From Reclinomonas americana ATCC 50394 (lineage: Eukaryota): 47,781 bases of DNA. Each line of letters opens with the position of its first letter. The stretch's first letter is position 1. This document shows, piece after piece, positions 46,636-47,781 of this stretch. Location of the stretch: the NCBI GenBank assembly GCA_048213135.1, contig PS015038.1:201735-249515 (forward strand), read 5' to 3'. The notes beneath the pieces are model-generated. The model had not been told where the DNA came from. It saw nothing but the letters and a program-made list of their open reading frames with translations, and made no database searches. The position numbers and the translations under genes are program-made.

Positions 46636-47307
46636 GGTGGAGAGAGGGAGAGAGACGAGAGAGACGCGCGAGAGAGTGCGCGGGGTGCGCGTCACGGCGG
46701 TGCGGAGTGAGTGTGAGAGAAAAATTGCCCTTTTGGACGATGACGAACGTACATGACCAAGTATGGGAAACTACAGAGGTGCTGGCGATTGGATTCTGAT
46801 GGTTGTTGGTGACGATTGAGAGGGTGTGTGAGACTTGTCGTGCGTGGAATGGGCGCGAGGGTGGTGGTGGTGGATGGAGCGTTTGATTGTGTGATTCGAA
46901 CAAGCATGTCAATATTGTCTACCGAATGCAAGTGGGTGTTGGATGCCGGTCGGTGTTGGAGACGCTGGCGATGCATCGTTTACAGCGTGTGGTTACGTAC
47001 AGCCGTCTGTGGTCGTCTCGAATTCTGTGGACGGTGGTCAGTTAATTTCCTGTTCGAACTTCGGCTTGTTTTTTCAAATTCGAATACGGCTGTCTGCAGA
47101 TCAGCAACGTGCGGATCAACAGTTAGCGGATGAAAAGGCGAACGTGGCAAGTTGCAGACTGTGGATCTGCAAGCAGAAGACGTCTGCAAACGACGAGCAC
47201 TGCGAATTCGAACCACAATTTCGAAACAAAACAACGCACCTCATAAAACGACAGTGAGTGTTGTGCATGCCACCCATTTCCGCATATCACTGCCAAAGAC
47301 TGTCTAA

Positions 47308-47671
47308 CATGAGCAGGCTTCGTCGGATCCGGAGAACGAGAGCGACGTCGCTAGCTGCAGTTCGAACTCTCTGCGCCGCGAAGTCGACTTCGCGATCGGT
47401 TTTTCCCGTGCCACCGCCGCCCTCCTCGCTGGATCCTCCACGTTCCAGTGGCCCTTACGATCGCTCCTTCGCATGCACACTTGCCGACAACAGGCCTGCA
47501 AGCATGAGCTGTCCCACGCCCTATTCTTCTCTCGACGTCGGAGCGCAGAACATGGCAGCCGCCGCCGACGCAACCGTGGACGACCTCTCAGCGCCCACAG
47601 AAGAGGAGGAGAGCATCACCGGTACCCGTGATGCCTCCGCGCATGGGGCCGAAGAGACTCGTGTGACTGAC
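47308..47671 (+). CDS. Possible exon of a gene continuing beyond the window
   Basis: Open frame ending ..VDDLSAPTEEEESITGTRDASAHGAEETRVTD at a GAC|gtgagt donor followed by a pyrimidine tract. Frame and start uncertain; no homology recognised. Confidence 0.3.
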
Positions 47672-47726
47672 GTGAGTTTCCGAACCCACACGAACACGCA
47701 CTACGTGCACCTCTTCCTTCTCCTTT

Positions 47727-47781
<55 letters not shown>

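Noticed and set aside
1-47781. CRISPR arrays, tRNA/rRNA genes, transposase or reverse-transcriptase genes
   Set aside because: None seen. The repeats are microsatellites, short intronic duplications or protein-domain repeats.

Overview
Eukaryotic, GC-rich, gene-dense and intron-dense genomic DNA from what looks like a free-living protist draft assembly. Most introns are about 60-90 nt GT-AG, simple repeats are frequent and there are several N-gaps. The supplied ORF track is largely misleading, so I spliced the genes by hand. In order: a partial low-complexity protein (-), a WD40 protein (+), a spliced nuclear gene for a bacterial-type RNase P protein RnpA (+), TRAPPC4/Trs23 (+), DNA ligase IV (-), a small protein with a HEIP1/REDIC1-like motif pair (-), a secreted pectin-acetylesterase/Notum-family esterase (-), a hypothetical protein (+), a polyD/polyQ atypical homeodomain protein (-), ZSWIM7/SWS1 (-), an ependymin/LolA-like + EGF + TM protein (-), a secreted polyprotein with 11 saposin-B domains (-), and a giant (~19 kb) single-pass surface protein with cadherin-like, NHL, Ig/IPT-like and PA14-like modules (-). 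The main cross-cutting signal is a second major class of 5' splice site, GTTGCG/GTTTCG/GTTGAG (the normal consensus displaced by one base). It is used by about 30 introns, nearly all where the exon does not end in G. Other highlights are the RnpA gene, an unidentified ~255-nt nested-helix element between genes, and animal-style phase 1-1 exon modules. All gene models and counts are manual and approximate; no database searches were run.
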